A stretch of DNA of 44,749 bases, taken from Paraglomus brasilianum (taxonomy: Eukaryota). The stretch covers positions 1-44,749 of the forward strand of contig CAJVPI010000183.1 in NCBI GenBank assembly GCA_910592345.1, read 5' to 3'. Each line of letters starts with the position of its first letter. Positions within the stretch are counted from its first letter, which is position 1. Made by a program: the position numbers and the translations under genes. The notes beneath the pieces are model-generated. The model had not been told where the DNA came from and did not search any database. It saw only the letters and a program-made list of their open reading frames with translations. Positions 11,881 through 24,340 of this stretch are shown piece after piece.

Positions 11881-13119
11881 TACTTCATAACAACATAAGT
11901 GATTAACCTATCAACGCAACTGTCACAAAATATTCTATATTTCCGTATTGTCGGCAAATTTGCCTACAATTTGAATTCGCCAACAAAATCGCTTTATATC
12001 ACTTGCAACATATTCGTATGTAATCTGTTAGTCAATATTTGTCATAGATATTCTTATAAAAAAAAAAGTCTTATCCCATCAACTCTGAGTCACATCAGAC
12101 TCACAATACTTAATTCGTGAGTCGGCTCCATAAAGAAACAGATTTCAGTGAGGACATACGGAATATGATGTGAATCAGAGCAAGAAGAACGATAATAAAA
12201 GCTCTGAAGCAACAAAGCAGTAGAAGCAATGTAAGAGTTCAAGAAAAAGAAAGAATTGTGTGTAGGAGAGAGGAAGCAGGCGGGAAAGTATGACTTTAAT
12301 GGGCATAAGTGTCCGTCTTCAAATGGCCATTATTACTCAATGACTGCAGCTTAGCTCATTTAAATTCTAGGATTAGATGAATTATTTTTCTTAATGGTTA
12401 ACATGCATGCAAATAACATAGTGACATTGTTCTCAAAAATGCATCATAGAATTATGTGTCAAAAATTAGCCTACGGACTAAGGGATAATACACATCTATG
12501 TTAATATTTGCCATGTTACCGTTATATAATATGCGCCTTTAACTTGCAATTATTGTTCTGAAAGATTAAAGACAGTACACTAATGTTATATGAAGGAGAT
12601 ATATAATGACAAATTTGTGAGGCGTTGATACTGAAAGGTGAAAAAAGCTTACATGCTCATAGTCAGTAGGATGCTTAGGGTCTGCGTTGTTTACTTCGAG
12701 TAACTAACATTAGTACTTTTGTTTATTGTTACAATATGGCGCGCAATTTGTTTACTGTTCAACAAGCTTCCAACTCGGACGTACATTCCGCATCGCATAA
12801 CTTACTCCATGGGCAAAACTTTTTATTGGTCAATGTCAACAGATCTTGGGCAGTTAGTTAACACCCTCTACATGTAAGTAGATAGCTAAAATGGGCTTTA
12901 GCGAGCTCGGGATAGGTAGTTAACAATGGGTGCTTTCGTCAGCTTACCTCAGGTAAGTTAAAGGGGAGGTAGTGTTCATAAGCTCTTGCCAAATAAAGTG
13001 GAACGATTTCTTTATTGTTTGACAAATTATACATGTTATTGAATAAGATAAATAGCACGATTACTGAAAATGTCTTATTTCCCCCGCAGCTTTGATTGCC
13101 AGATCTGATAGCTGTATGT

Positions 13120-13211
13120 ATATGCACATGCATATATAGTTAGTTCACTTTCGATGATGCAATATGCACATGCATATATAGTTAGTTCACTTTCGATGAT
13201 GCAATATGCAC
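13120..13211. repeat. Perfect 42-bp tandem duplication
   Basis: ATATGCACATGCATATATAGTTAGTTCACTTTCGATGATGCA at 13120-13161 and 13162-13203, plus a partial third start. Confidence 0.95.
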
Positions 13212-13527
13212 GTTTACATTATGCTTATTATTGTACAAATATAACAGTATGCAGGTGCGACAGTAAGTTGTTTCAGGGGGGGTATAAAGAAGGGAATGTG
13301 GCATTAATAGATAACGAATCGAGAACAACTTCATTGTGGATATGTCGATGATCTGAAACATTTTAGGTTATCGATATGAACGTAGTGTTGTTGGTGTGTG
13401 ATAGTGATAGAATTGCATCTAGATGCAGATCCTAGAACAATATATTTCAGAGTAACCAAGGAGCGTTCGATTTATAATTAGTAAAAGATGAGCAAATTTC
13501 ACGATAATTTGTGACGTTTCTAAAATC

Positions 13528-13825
13528 ATCTCAACAAAAAAGCCACATCATTACTAAGAACGGTAATTGTAACGGGGAGTTGTTGGAATTACTGTTACTA
13601 CATTGCTTTCTTTTTCTAAAGCTACATGAATCGTAAGAGGCGTTAGTCAACCAATGGTCTTTCGTACTTTATTTGAGTATTATTATGGCACTAATGTTAT
13701 CTTTCGAAACCACAATATTACGCCATGTATCAATGTTTAACCTGTTTAAATTAGGTTCTATCAAATATTACCGATTGTTAAGATGCACGTTACTGCGAGT
13801 CCTGGTGTAAAATTATTACTACATT
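13528..13825 (+). repeat. Copy of the recurrent non-coding module (core GCGTTAGTCAACCAATGGTC)
   Basis: Collinear with copies near 20.6, 21.4, 23.2 (-), 28.6, 34.3 and 39.7 kb: TCTCAACAAAAAAGC..GTAATTGTAACGGG..TACATGAATCGTAAGAGGCGTTAGTCAACCAATGGTC..GAGTCCTGGT. Confidence 0.85.
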
Positions 13826-14824
13826 GCTAAATTAAATTGTCCCTAGTCAACCAAGTATCGTGCGCATAGTACGTTTGTTAAGTAATGTCTTTATTTTGCG
13901 TTTAATGCGATATATGACATTATTACATGTTTTATATGTGCAATATTACATCCCTGGCTTAAGCAAAATATCAAAGCTTGAATCTAAATCAGCATGTTGC
14001 AAAATTCGCAAATTCAACCCCGATAAAAAATGACGCCATTGTATCAACACTAAGAACAAAGGCCATTCTTTTGGAAGTCAATTGTTTGTGGGACAACCAT
14101 AGTAAAAATTTAATCGATATGTGTACACTGTTACATTGTCAAAGCGCCCCCATAGTCTAAGTGTGATACGATCGTTGATTTGTCATTTACCTGCCAAGTC
14201 GTACAGGCTCAAATATTGTCCCTTCTCGCTTGGCAGGTATCATGGTTTCAGCTTCAGCCAAGCCTGATTATCAGCGACTAGACAAAATAGTAATTTCCAA
14301 AGTTCTCTATCAAAAAACCGCATTGTAAAACACAGGTTTACTTTTTTTTATTCACGGGTGAAAAGGTAGTATCGTGGGCAAAGAGTTGGTGCGGCAATTG
14401 CGAAGATATAGAGTCGTTAATGCGTCAGATTAAAGAACGCATATTCAGCAACCAAAACACGCAGAAAGAGATTATGTGTGTTTCCATTGTATTGACTTTT
14501 TTACCCAACCCAATTTAAAGATTGTTTCACATTGATAATAATCAACAGAGCATGGAGACTCCTTGTACTATTCAAAACCCGGTTTCTATTCTCTTCGCTT
14601 TAATCACATTACTTACACAACAGGGTGTGATACAAACAACAAATTAAGAGTCACTTGTTTTGGAACGTTGATTCCAATTCTGCGATTTCTGCGATTGTCC
14701 ATAAAATGCTCGATCCAGCAACATGACACTGTCATAGCACTATCAACTTTTTTTTTTACAGAGCAGAGTTTCTCTCTCTTATTCCATTCATTTTATCCCG
14801 CCAAAAGTTCATCGCCTTATCACC

Positions 14825-17800
14825 ATGTTCCTATTCACTATACAAAATCGCAACACATTTCTTCTTGCCCTTCCTACTCTTCTCAGTTTTCCTATATCTT
14901 CTAATTCTCAAATCTCTTCTCCCAATCCATATCCGGGACCGCGGGTTGATCATTGCGCATTCGCCTACAAAAACCGCTTTTACGTATATGGTGGTGTGGG
15001 CAATGTAAATGAGGGCAATGATAACCATTCCTACTTCAGTTACACCAATACGCCCTTCCATATAACAGATCCCAAATGGACTTCTCTGCCAGTAGCAAAG
15101 GCCACAAAAGTTAGTCGGCCAGCGTGCTCTGTTACATCAGATGGTATCTTATACGTGACTGGCGGAGCAGATCCAAGCGATAATAAGTATGCCGGCATTC
15201 AATCGTTTGATTTGAAAAAAAGTGCTTTGGGTTTCTGGGACACACCAAACACTAGGGGATTAAATACGAGTCAACATTTGTCACATCGACGTGGCCACAA
15301 GTCCATTGTCGTAAAAACGTTATCGGAAGAAGTGTTGTTTATCTTTGGAGGGTCTGAGTCGAACGATGCGTTTATTTTAAATGTAAAAAATTCAACTTGG
15401 GAGGCTGTACATACAGGGGTGAGTATGCAAATAGTAAAAGAATGTGAATGATTACGCTAGATCCATAGAGTATGGTGCGTTGATAAGTCAACCGTAGGCG
15501 CCTGTTAATGATAGTATGTCACATATAACTTGACATCCAGTTATTCTAATTATTCTCTGCCGTCATTCATCGTCTAGCCTGACGCTCCACCATCCATGGG
15601 CGCATTCGCCATAACTTCCTCTAAAGATAAAATCTATATCATTGGTACTCCCACCGAAGAGTCTGGCAGAAACCTGTGGGCATTCAATATTCCAAAGAGG
15701 AGCTGGTTTAATCCGCATATTACCGTGGATATTCCTATGAATGTCCACGTTGAGTGTGCAGGGACACTTAACAATACGATTTATTTGATTGATTCGGGTA
15801 ATTCGTCATTAATGTGGAAATGGAATTTGGGTGAGTTGAAATGAAAACGTAGTTACATATTGCACGAGTTGTTGCAAATTAAAAAATCTCATGTTTTGCG
15901 CGTTTTGAAAATAAATAGCTGATAAGAGCACAACACGCTTTACGCCGGATCGTACTGGGGCTGGCCTGCAGACTTATAACTATGCTTTTGCACAGTTGCC
16001 TGGCAGCGATGTTTTTATTGTAAGCTTCTCATACTTAAACATGTCTGTACCATTATTATAGTCTATTTATATTCCGCATATTAACTTCTATATTAACATC
16101 CACTTTCAAGACCTATGGCGGGAAAACCGGGGTCAAAGCAACCGATAGCTTAGCCGCATTCAACATGACCCAAAATGTTTGGGTCACTCAAGTCAACAAC
16201 TTAACTAATATACCCAACAATCAGGACCATTATTATTATGGGCTTCTTGCACCTGGTCAAGAAGATTCATTCCTGAAACCACCACTACCACAAAAGATAA
16301 CTGCGGAATATGGAGCGAATCTGAAATATTCTGATCATACCATCTTTATCTGCGGACTTTTAATACTAGCAGTGGTCATACTAGTGACGGTGGTCAAGGT
16401 CATAGTTTCACGCTTGCTTTTGTATAGACGGAAAGAATATAAAAAAAAGGAGGAGGAGCTGACCATAGTGGAAACTTGTGGGGCTTTTGGAAGCAACACT
16501 GAAACTGGTTCTCAGAGGGACAGTGTGACTTATCGACCACCCAATTTTGAAGCGTCTGATTTTCGATGCGAACATTACTCGATTTCGTCAGACACAGTTT
16601 CGGTTCCCGACTTTCAAATATCTGCAACTTCACGCCTTACGGTGAAACTGAACTCTACTCCCCCTACTCCATCGTCAATTGTAAGCGAGCTCCGTCGACA
16701 TAAAGTGACGTCCATGACATCCGAATCTTCATCTACTTCGATTTCTCCGTCGGCTCCAGAAGGTGCTATTCTAGATAAGTACAAACTCAAGGGGGAGCCA
16801 GCATTCGGCGTCAGCAAATCCGTTTGTTATGCAAAGGATGAGACTGTGAATGAAGACGTGATGGTAAAGTTTTTCTCAGACTATGATTCATTCGATCGCG
16901 AAGTTATGATGTTAAAGTTTCTTCGATCGAAATTCGTTGGTGCATTGCGCGGCGACGTATTCCATGTTTCCGATGCTGCTGATTGGAAATATGCTATGAT
17001 CATGGACTATTATCCTATGAGCTTGGATAACCTTATCGTTAGCAGAACCGAGACTATGGATGAATTATGCGTGAAGATAGTGGTAAAGTCATTAGCACAA
17101 GCAATACAGTATGTTCATAGTCACGGAATAGTGCATCTGGATATTAAGCCGGGAAACTTTGTACACGAGGTTGGAGACGTGAACAAATGGAGATTGATTG
17201 ATTTCGAGGCGGCAAGGGTTGACGGAGAAGAAGATGTTTATAAGAGTACATTAAGATATGCTCCGCGTAAGTATTGAGCAGTTATTTATATTATCGAGCC
17301 TTTGAAAGGATTTTGAATTCTGTGGCATACTGATTTTTTTTCTTCTTTAAACACAGCCGAACTAATCAATGTGGATGCATTGCGTACTAGTATTAAAGCA
17401 GATACATCGATGGACATGTGGTCGTTTGGGTGTACAATATATGAGTTGTATACTGGAAGTCCTCTGTTCTTAAATGATCAGGAGGCTACTGCTAAATTAT
17501 TGGACGCATATTATACGCGGCGCTTTGAATTTCCTGTTAAAAAAGTGCCTGACGTTCAGGCACAGCATGTACTTGAGAAGTTGTTAGTCATTAATCCTCT
17601 GAAGAGAGCTTCAGTTGAGGAAATTTTAAGAGGAGCATATTTGACTGGTGGTGCTGATAGCGCTCAGGTATATATATCATCAATTCTATTATTGCTGTTG
17701 CTGTCTGTCTCCCGCCGCTTGCAAACACTCACCTCATACTTTCTTGCTTTATAAAGATATACGAGATGCAGTCAGAATCCACCGAGAGAATCATCAACAC

Positions 17801-18559
17801 CCTAAACCAGAATACAAACGTTGTTCTTTCCAACATGCAAGAGGCCACTAATATGATATTGTCACAATTCGATGTGGTCGTGAATAGTATATCTGATACT
17901 AGAGATGCGAGCGTCCCCCGCTTGTTCATGTTATTACCAGGAAAAAAGCCTCACTCAGTGTTCAAGCCAAAGGCTTGGGGAAAGAATACATTCGTAGTCC
18001 ACATTCTTTGTGAAGGTCATGCTTCTGATAATAGCAAAGCCCATTTCACTGACCATCCTGGCTACATGGTATGTTTATTCAATGACATATGTTTTTGACA
18101 AGATATACAAAGCGGTTCGCACTTATTAATATTGTCTATATGTTTGTTCAGATACTTAATCCGAAACCGTTTCTTGCCAAGGTTGGCCCATACCTCTGTA
18201 TCTTGGCCACTCTCATAGGCTCGGCTGTCAGTTTATTTACAGGACTGCAACTGTCGGACAAAATAACAGCCAATATATCATCTGGCCCTATTGATTACTT
18301 TAGAAAAATAGGCGAAGTTATTGACGCAATAGAAACGGATGGGTCTGTTACAAGAGATTTAGCAGCAGTTCAGAACGATCCACTCAATAAGATGATATCA
18401 GCGCAAGGCCCTGCACTGCGTGAATTTAAAGCGTTCCTGTCTGATAACGATCCTTTGCGCGAATTCGGTGGATTGCATCGTATTACCATGAGTGATGGAC
18501 GATGGCGATGGGTTTGTGATAGTTGCAAGGAAAGAGCACATGGAAACCACGGATATTAG
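14825..18559 (+). CDS. Kelch-ectodomain receptor-like Ser/Thr kinase, copy 1, about 1044 aa: SP-Kelch-TM-kinase-C-terminal Cys/His domain
   Basis: Exons 14825-15418, 15578-15830, 15919-16019, 16111-17266, 17357-17667, 17757-18068 and 18152-18559 splice in frame with GT-AG introns (3135 nt). Start context is CACCATG and the leader is hydrophobic, ending SNS-Q. Kelch motifs: PRVDHC..FYVYGG, LYVTGG, RRGH..LFIFGG, FITYGG. TM: IFICGLLILAVVILVTVVKVIV then RRKEYKKK. Kinase: VMVK, HLDIKPGN, DFE, YAPPE (split by an intron), DMWSFG. Confidence 0.92.
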
Positions 18560-18791
18560 AATTGTAGGTGGCTATATAGTTGCGATATGAGTTATTAACA
18601 GAATTGATATATTATAATATTAATGTGTACAGTTGAGAGTATCAATAGATATAATAATCTAGTTAGTCTTTATTGACATTACAGTCGAACGTAAAAGGAA
18701 CACAATTGGACACTTATAGTGCCGTTCTATTATAGTCATTATTCACTTATCAAAATAATAGATAAATTTGATATTTTCTAAATAAATTACA

Positions 18792-18928
18792 CAGTGAAAT
18801 TCACTTTAACGAAATCTCACTTGAACGAAGATGGCTTATAACGAAGTATTTTTCTGGAACCAGTTCGAAGATTTATATATAGAGTTATATAACGTTGAAT
18901 GAAGAATTCACTTGGGCGAATTTATCTG
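18792..18928. mobile_element. Short Tc1/mariner-type MITE relic
   Basis: CAGTGAAATTC at the left end and GAATTTATCTG followed by TA at the right end, with internal (T/G)AACGAA repeats. Confidence 0.4.
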
Positions 18929-19261
18929 TATAACTCGAGCTTGAGTTGTGAGGGGCTTCGCCCCTTTTACTTTTGTGATTGCGTTTCTGGTTAGAACTTG
19001 AAATTTTAAAGCGGCCCGTCTTATAGTTTAGTGTAATAGTTGGATTATTAGATTTTTTGATAGTCGGAGTGAAATTTACGTGTCTAACGCGAGTGTTAAA
19101 ATGGTATTGAGAGTTAGGCGGTCAGATGTCTTATTTATTAAGAGTCGTATTGTCAGATTGGAATAATTCTGTTTCAATCCTGACTTACTACTATGTCAAG
19201 TTTGTTGTATGCATACTAATATTACTCGAATAAAGTACGGAAGACATTGGTTGACTAACGC

Positions 19262-19650
19262 AATTTACTAGTAAAACATATGAAAAAACCTTTTGAAAAA
19301 ATCTCTCTTTCTGCAAACACTATACATGGCAATAATTTTTATATGGTTTTGAAACTAATTGACTGTGCTGTTTGAAAAAAATAACAGTAAATTTTAACAC
19401 ATTATTATAAAGTTGTAGCTAGATAAATTGTTATGAAATGATAGTTATATAAAAATATACTAATCCAGATACCTGTTATATGTGAGATTAATAATAATAA
19501 TCATTAAATTTTACTGTTATTTCTTTTTTCAAAAGTGCCGTCAATTACTTTCAAACCCATATAAAATTTATTATCACTTAGTAATAGTGTTTGCAAACAA
19601 GAGAGATTTTCGAAAAAAAAAAGTTTTTTCTTATGTTTTACTAGTAAATT
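19262..19650. mobile_element. Foldback/Mutator-like MITE with long imperfect TIRs
   Basis: About 145-bp arms, 19262-19405 and 19495-19650, for example AATTTACTAGTAAAACATA / TATGTTTTACTAGTAAATT and TGCAAACACTAT / ATAGTGTTTGCA. The spacer is about 90 bp. Confidence 0.8.
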
Positions 19651-19899
19651 TTAAAACAATCCCAGGCAATTCATTGGTTGACATACAAACGATCTTTTTG
19701 GGAAATCTTATACATTACCCAAGGGCTGAATTTCTTTTCCCCGTGTTAGTCTTAAGACATCATTCCGTCAATAAAAATAACATACTCTCCTAACCGTTCA
19801 AAGAAATATATTACCGACAATCATGCTTTGTTGCACACCTATGAATTAATACTGCGTTCAAGTTTCGCACTCAAGAAACTAAAATGTCTCAAATCATCG

Positions 19900-20750
19900 A
19901 ATTTAACTGAAAACAATTGGCATCTCTATTCTTGAATTCTATGTCAAGCCTTATTGTTACACCAGAAATTTTGAATGTCGCTTCAAAACAAAGTTTGCTT
20001 TGCGCGTTATAATTGATTATTTTACACATTGGTTACCAATCAATGCGCTATTTATTATCAGAAATGACTTGTATGATCTGACAGCTGAACTAATGCTTGC
20101 TGAGTATACAGAGTGTAGAAGTAACATAACCAAACTAAACGCTGAGAAAAAGTATAGAAATTAACAAAATGCATTCAATAAGATTATATTAAGCAAGAGT
20201 AATATAAACAAAGAAGAGCGTTATATAATTTTTAGACATAAATCCTGTTATTAACGAATAAACACTTTGACTCATTGAGAGTTAAAGTTTGAATAGACAA
20301 TACAATAAATAAAAATACGAATACGAGCCTAAAGTTTCAAAAATTTTGGTTTAACTCTTAAAAGCAAATACGAGTATTTGTTAGATTAATTAACACCCAT
20401 GAAACTCTTCGCATAACTAACCAAAACAATATTACTGTGAGAAATATTAACATTACAGATTACGGCTAATACTAATCTGCTATCATAAATTATGAGCTAT
20501 ATGATAACATGTTTAGCACGATAAACTTCAGATTAAAGTAATCACGCGTTTTGGTTTGCATCTCCCTGTAAAAACGTTCAATCTAGATTGTGATGATGTT
20601 TTTGTGGCATCTCCAACTAAAAAAGCGATATTACGTTTATGTCATACATTAAGTGATTGTAACGGGGGGTAATTACTACTTTATTCTAAATTTACATAAT
20701 CGTTAGTTAACTAATGGTCTTTCGTAATTGCTTTGTTAGAATAAATTTGA
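19900..20750 (+). repeat. Long copy of the recurrent module downstream of receptor kinase copy 1
   Basis: Shares AAACACTTTGACTCATTG, CATGAAACTCTTC, ATTACAGATTACG and TTACGTTTATGTCATACATTAA with 33.85-34.4 kb and 39.3-39.8 kb. Confidence 0.85.
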
Positions 20751-21500
20751 TACGGAGACTGTGATACAACGATATATCGTATGTGTATTTCAAATATTCA
20801 TAATTAATTTGGAATAGCTTATAATGATGGCTATATACTTAGCCCGGGATAGAACGTAATATCCAATGACTATATAGATAGTTCCTTTTTTTCACGTATT
20901 TGATAAATGATGTTATATACATCACTGATATTGCACATCAAGGCGTAGAATTGAACATAAGTTGCTTAATGCAGAGGGGGGAGGATAAGGAAAATTTATT
21001 GGTTTAGAGACGTTTTAGTGTCGTTCTTTAAATGGTATGAATGATGTCGTAAGACCCAAAGGAAAGAAGGTGTGTGGTACTTGGGTGGTGGCCGGTATAT
21101 AAGATTTTCCAAAAAATCTACACAAAGAAATACACCTTAACGGGGCATCAGGGGAAAATTAAAAGAAGTTGGTGATATTACAAGTGATAGCGTTGAAATT
21201 GTACCTAGGTGCTTACGATTTTTATAACACAGATTAAAGTAAAGCTCACATTATAATTATAGTTCATGTTCACGTAAAAACGTATTTAACCTCGGAATAC
21301 CCAAGATTTGTAATTAGCCGATATTTTGTAAGTATCTTGAGCAAAAAAAAACTACATTACGATTATGTCATACATTAAAAACGACGGGAACAGTAATAGT
21401 AATTGTAACGAGTAGATATTGAAATTACTACATTGCCTTTCTTTGTTCCAAATTTACATAAATCTTGGGAGGCGTTAGTCAACCAATGGTCTTCCGTACT
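20751..21500 (+). repeat. About 750-bp direct segmental duplication of 27921-28650
   Basis: TACGGAGACTGT, CCGGGATAGAACGTAAT, GTCGTAAGACCC.AAGGAAAGAAGGTGTG, AAGAAGTTGGTGATATTACAAGTGATAGCG and CCCAAGATTTGTAATTAGCCGATATT are collinear in both. Confidence 0.92.
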
Positions 21501-21517
21501 TTATTCGAGTACTATTA

Positions 21518-22207
21518 CAGTCATCCTTCGTTTATATTCCCACTTTGGAGCGGAGACTTTCTTATTCTAGGGATTATCTGAAGATATACCATATATTTAT
21601 TAATTGAGTAATACAAGAAATTTATTGGTTAATATGTACTTATATCATGCATATATCTTATTATGTTATCTTCCGTTGTAAATTCCTTTGTTCTAAAAAT
21701 TGTTTCGCAGTCTTAAGCGCCTAAACATGCGAGATAAGGAAAATTAAAGGGGAAGAATTGAACGTAAGAAAAGAGATGGTCAGAGGTAACTGTACTGTAG
21801 CTTTACTTTTTCAAAACGATACTATTTGTCCATTGCCTTTTTGTTACATAATACAGTGATAAACAAATCAATTGTTTATCATAACCAATAATCAATAAAA
21901 ACTGTAACATTTGCATGATACAATTCACTTTGTCTTGTTTTAAGCAATAAATTAACAAAGATCTGGTAGCAAATGAACATTGAAAGAAATTTCACATAAG
22001 CGCACAGTCCAAACTTGTATGCCAACTAAAAATTTAAGAGACGATGTTTTATGTAACACGAATGTGCATAGTAAGGTGGGATATAAACGATAATAGATTC
22101 TATGAGATACGATATTGGAATATTGGGGATAGGGATATATCTGAGTAGGATGCACCGAGAGAAATTTATATTGAGATACAATAGGGGATACAAATGAGGG
22201 ATGACTG
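21518..22207. mobile_element. Non-autonomous pogo/Tc1-mariner element, 690 bp, TA target-site duplication
   Basis: TA-CAGTCATCCTTCGTTTATATTCCC ... GGGGATACAAATGAGGGATGACTG-TA gives 24-bp imperfect TIRs. The empty site is visible in the paralogous module near 13675-13700 (GAGTATTATTATGGCACTAATGTTATC). Confidence 0.92.
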
Positions 22208-22619
22208 TATAGCATTAATGTTATCTTTCGAAACCACGTATAGTACTACTCCATGTATCAATGTTTAACCGGTTTAAATTAGGTTAAGATGCGTGTTACT
22301 GCAGTCCTGGTATAAAAATAGACTACACTGCTTGAGCGACGTTGCGCACGAAAACCAAAATTGGAATGTGAACACCAAAACTGGAGATGTTCATGTTTGT
22401 TTGTGTATGTAATGTTTGTTACCTTTTTGTGCACAGTTTTAGCATAGTACAAGATATATCGAGATGTCGTAATTAACTGTGAAACGGAAGCTTAATCATG
22501 AACAAATATTGTACAAGTTGATAGGACAGATTTAATACAATGGATGAAGGTTATGTCTGCGGTCCAGATTATTGACCTTGTTATACTAGACTGGCATCTT
22601 CAATTTGAATAAAGTCTTC

Positions 22620-24340
22620 CGTACAACAAAACTGATGATGTTGATTTGGACTCTAATGTTCAGCGACAATATCTTCATCATACGAAATCCAATACTTACT
22701 AGCCTCGTTCTTGAGTTGTTGGAATCGGATGACTGAAGGACATCAAATCAGGGACCGTATCACATTGGACTTGCCATTTAGGTATGCTAATAATGAAAAT
22801 AGGTCATTGTTTTAATGGAAATGACGGTCGGTAATTCCATTCACACACAAAGCTTCTATGACAAGGTTTGCCACTGAATTATTCAGCATTGTCGCTATAA
22901 TAATTGTGCCATTTTTTATACCAGGACTCACTCGCAGAAATATGCATCTTAGCAATCGATGGCAGATTTTTGCAGCAGGTAATACAGTCAGCTGATTTGA
23001 CATAGTCAAAATTCTGATATTCGCGGCTAATATTAAGAAGAACCTAATTAAACTGGTTAACACATTGATACACAGCATGTGGGATAGTTCATATCATCGC
23101 CGGCAATACTATAATAGTAAGACAAATGTACTCTAACAAAGCAGTTACAAATGACCATTGGTTGACTAACGCTTCTTACGATTCATGTAAATTTAGAACA
23201 AAGAATGCAATGTAGTAATTCAATATTTACCCATTACAATTACTGTTCTTGGACAATCCCGTAATTTAATGTATGACATAATCGTAATATCGCTTTTTTG
23301 TTGAGACATCTAAGCCCCTTACTAGTTGTCCACTCGGATTATTCGCTGGTTATTAACGAGCGTCTTACAAAAAAATGCAAACTACAACGTGCGATTACTT
23401 TAATCTGAAGTTTATTGTGCCACACACGCTACATCTAGCTCATAATTTATGATAACAGATAAGCCGTAATCTGTAATTTCAATATTTTTCACAGTAATAT
23501 TGCTTTAGCTGAGTTATCTGAAGAGTTTCATGGGTTTGAAAAACGGTTCTGTTTTAACCAAAACAAGCAAAATGTCTGCAAATACTAATTTTAATACTCA
23601 AAAATACAAATAATTCAACCAAACCAAGATTTGAAACTTTAGGATCATGCTCGTATTTCTGTTGGATTGTTTATTCAAACATGAACAATATTATAGCGTG
23701 AACTCCATAATAGCATATATGGTAAACTTGCTGCTTATGATTGCATCTGGAATTCTCAAAATTTGAAAGGCTAATATGAATGTTGACAAATATACCCTGC
23801 AAGTGAAAACTCTTTATCAAAATAATGGATATATCAATCGTTATGATATATAGGATCCCAATATAACAGCGACAAATCTTAATGGTAACGGGAATGCCCC
23901 TACTTGTCAATAAAGCTATCCAGCAGCAATTGTTTCTTTGATTGAAATGCAACTAGTTCAAAAATTCTAAATTGATATTATCTTGTTGCTCGAACAATTG
24001 CATAACCTCGGCAGCTTTGCAGGCTTTCCATCAAGACTGGTTGCAAGCTACCTTTTTTTTATACAAGTTTGCTGTTCTTCAGTGTATGTTTTTTCTTCTT
24101 GTCAGACATAGCTGACGTTCTGCGCGTTTGTTAAAGATTTCCTTTAATAGACTTGGCTTTCTATAAATTACGTTTCTACATGTTAAATATTCATTGTATA
24201 CCCTATTGACCAACCAAACAACCATATTAATCCGTCCTCGCAACTAACGCGAGTTACTATAAAATTTCATTATAATAATAACGAACGATTTTAACTGTGA
24301 CCAAAAAGAAGTTCTTTTGCAATGCGATTCCATTCTAACG
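22620..24340 (-). repeat. Inverted copy of the module region 38800-40245
   Basis: Reverse-complement matches include GGAAATGACGGTCGGT, CCAGGACTCACTCGCAG, TAAGCCCCTTACTAGTTGTCCACTCGGATTATTCGCTGGTTATTAACG, GACATAGCTGACGTT and TAACGCGAGTTACTAT. Confidence 0.92.

Noticed and set aside
14825..15451. Stand-alone secreted galactose-oxidase/Kelch protein genes (also 29609-30247 and 35242-35844)
   Set aside because: Each ORF runs past a conserved GGG|GT(G/A)AGT donor and splices in frame to further Kelch, TM and kinase exons. No copper-oxidase ligand set is evident.
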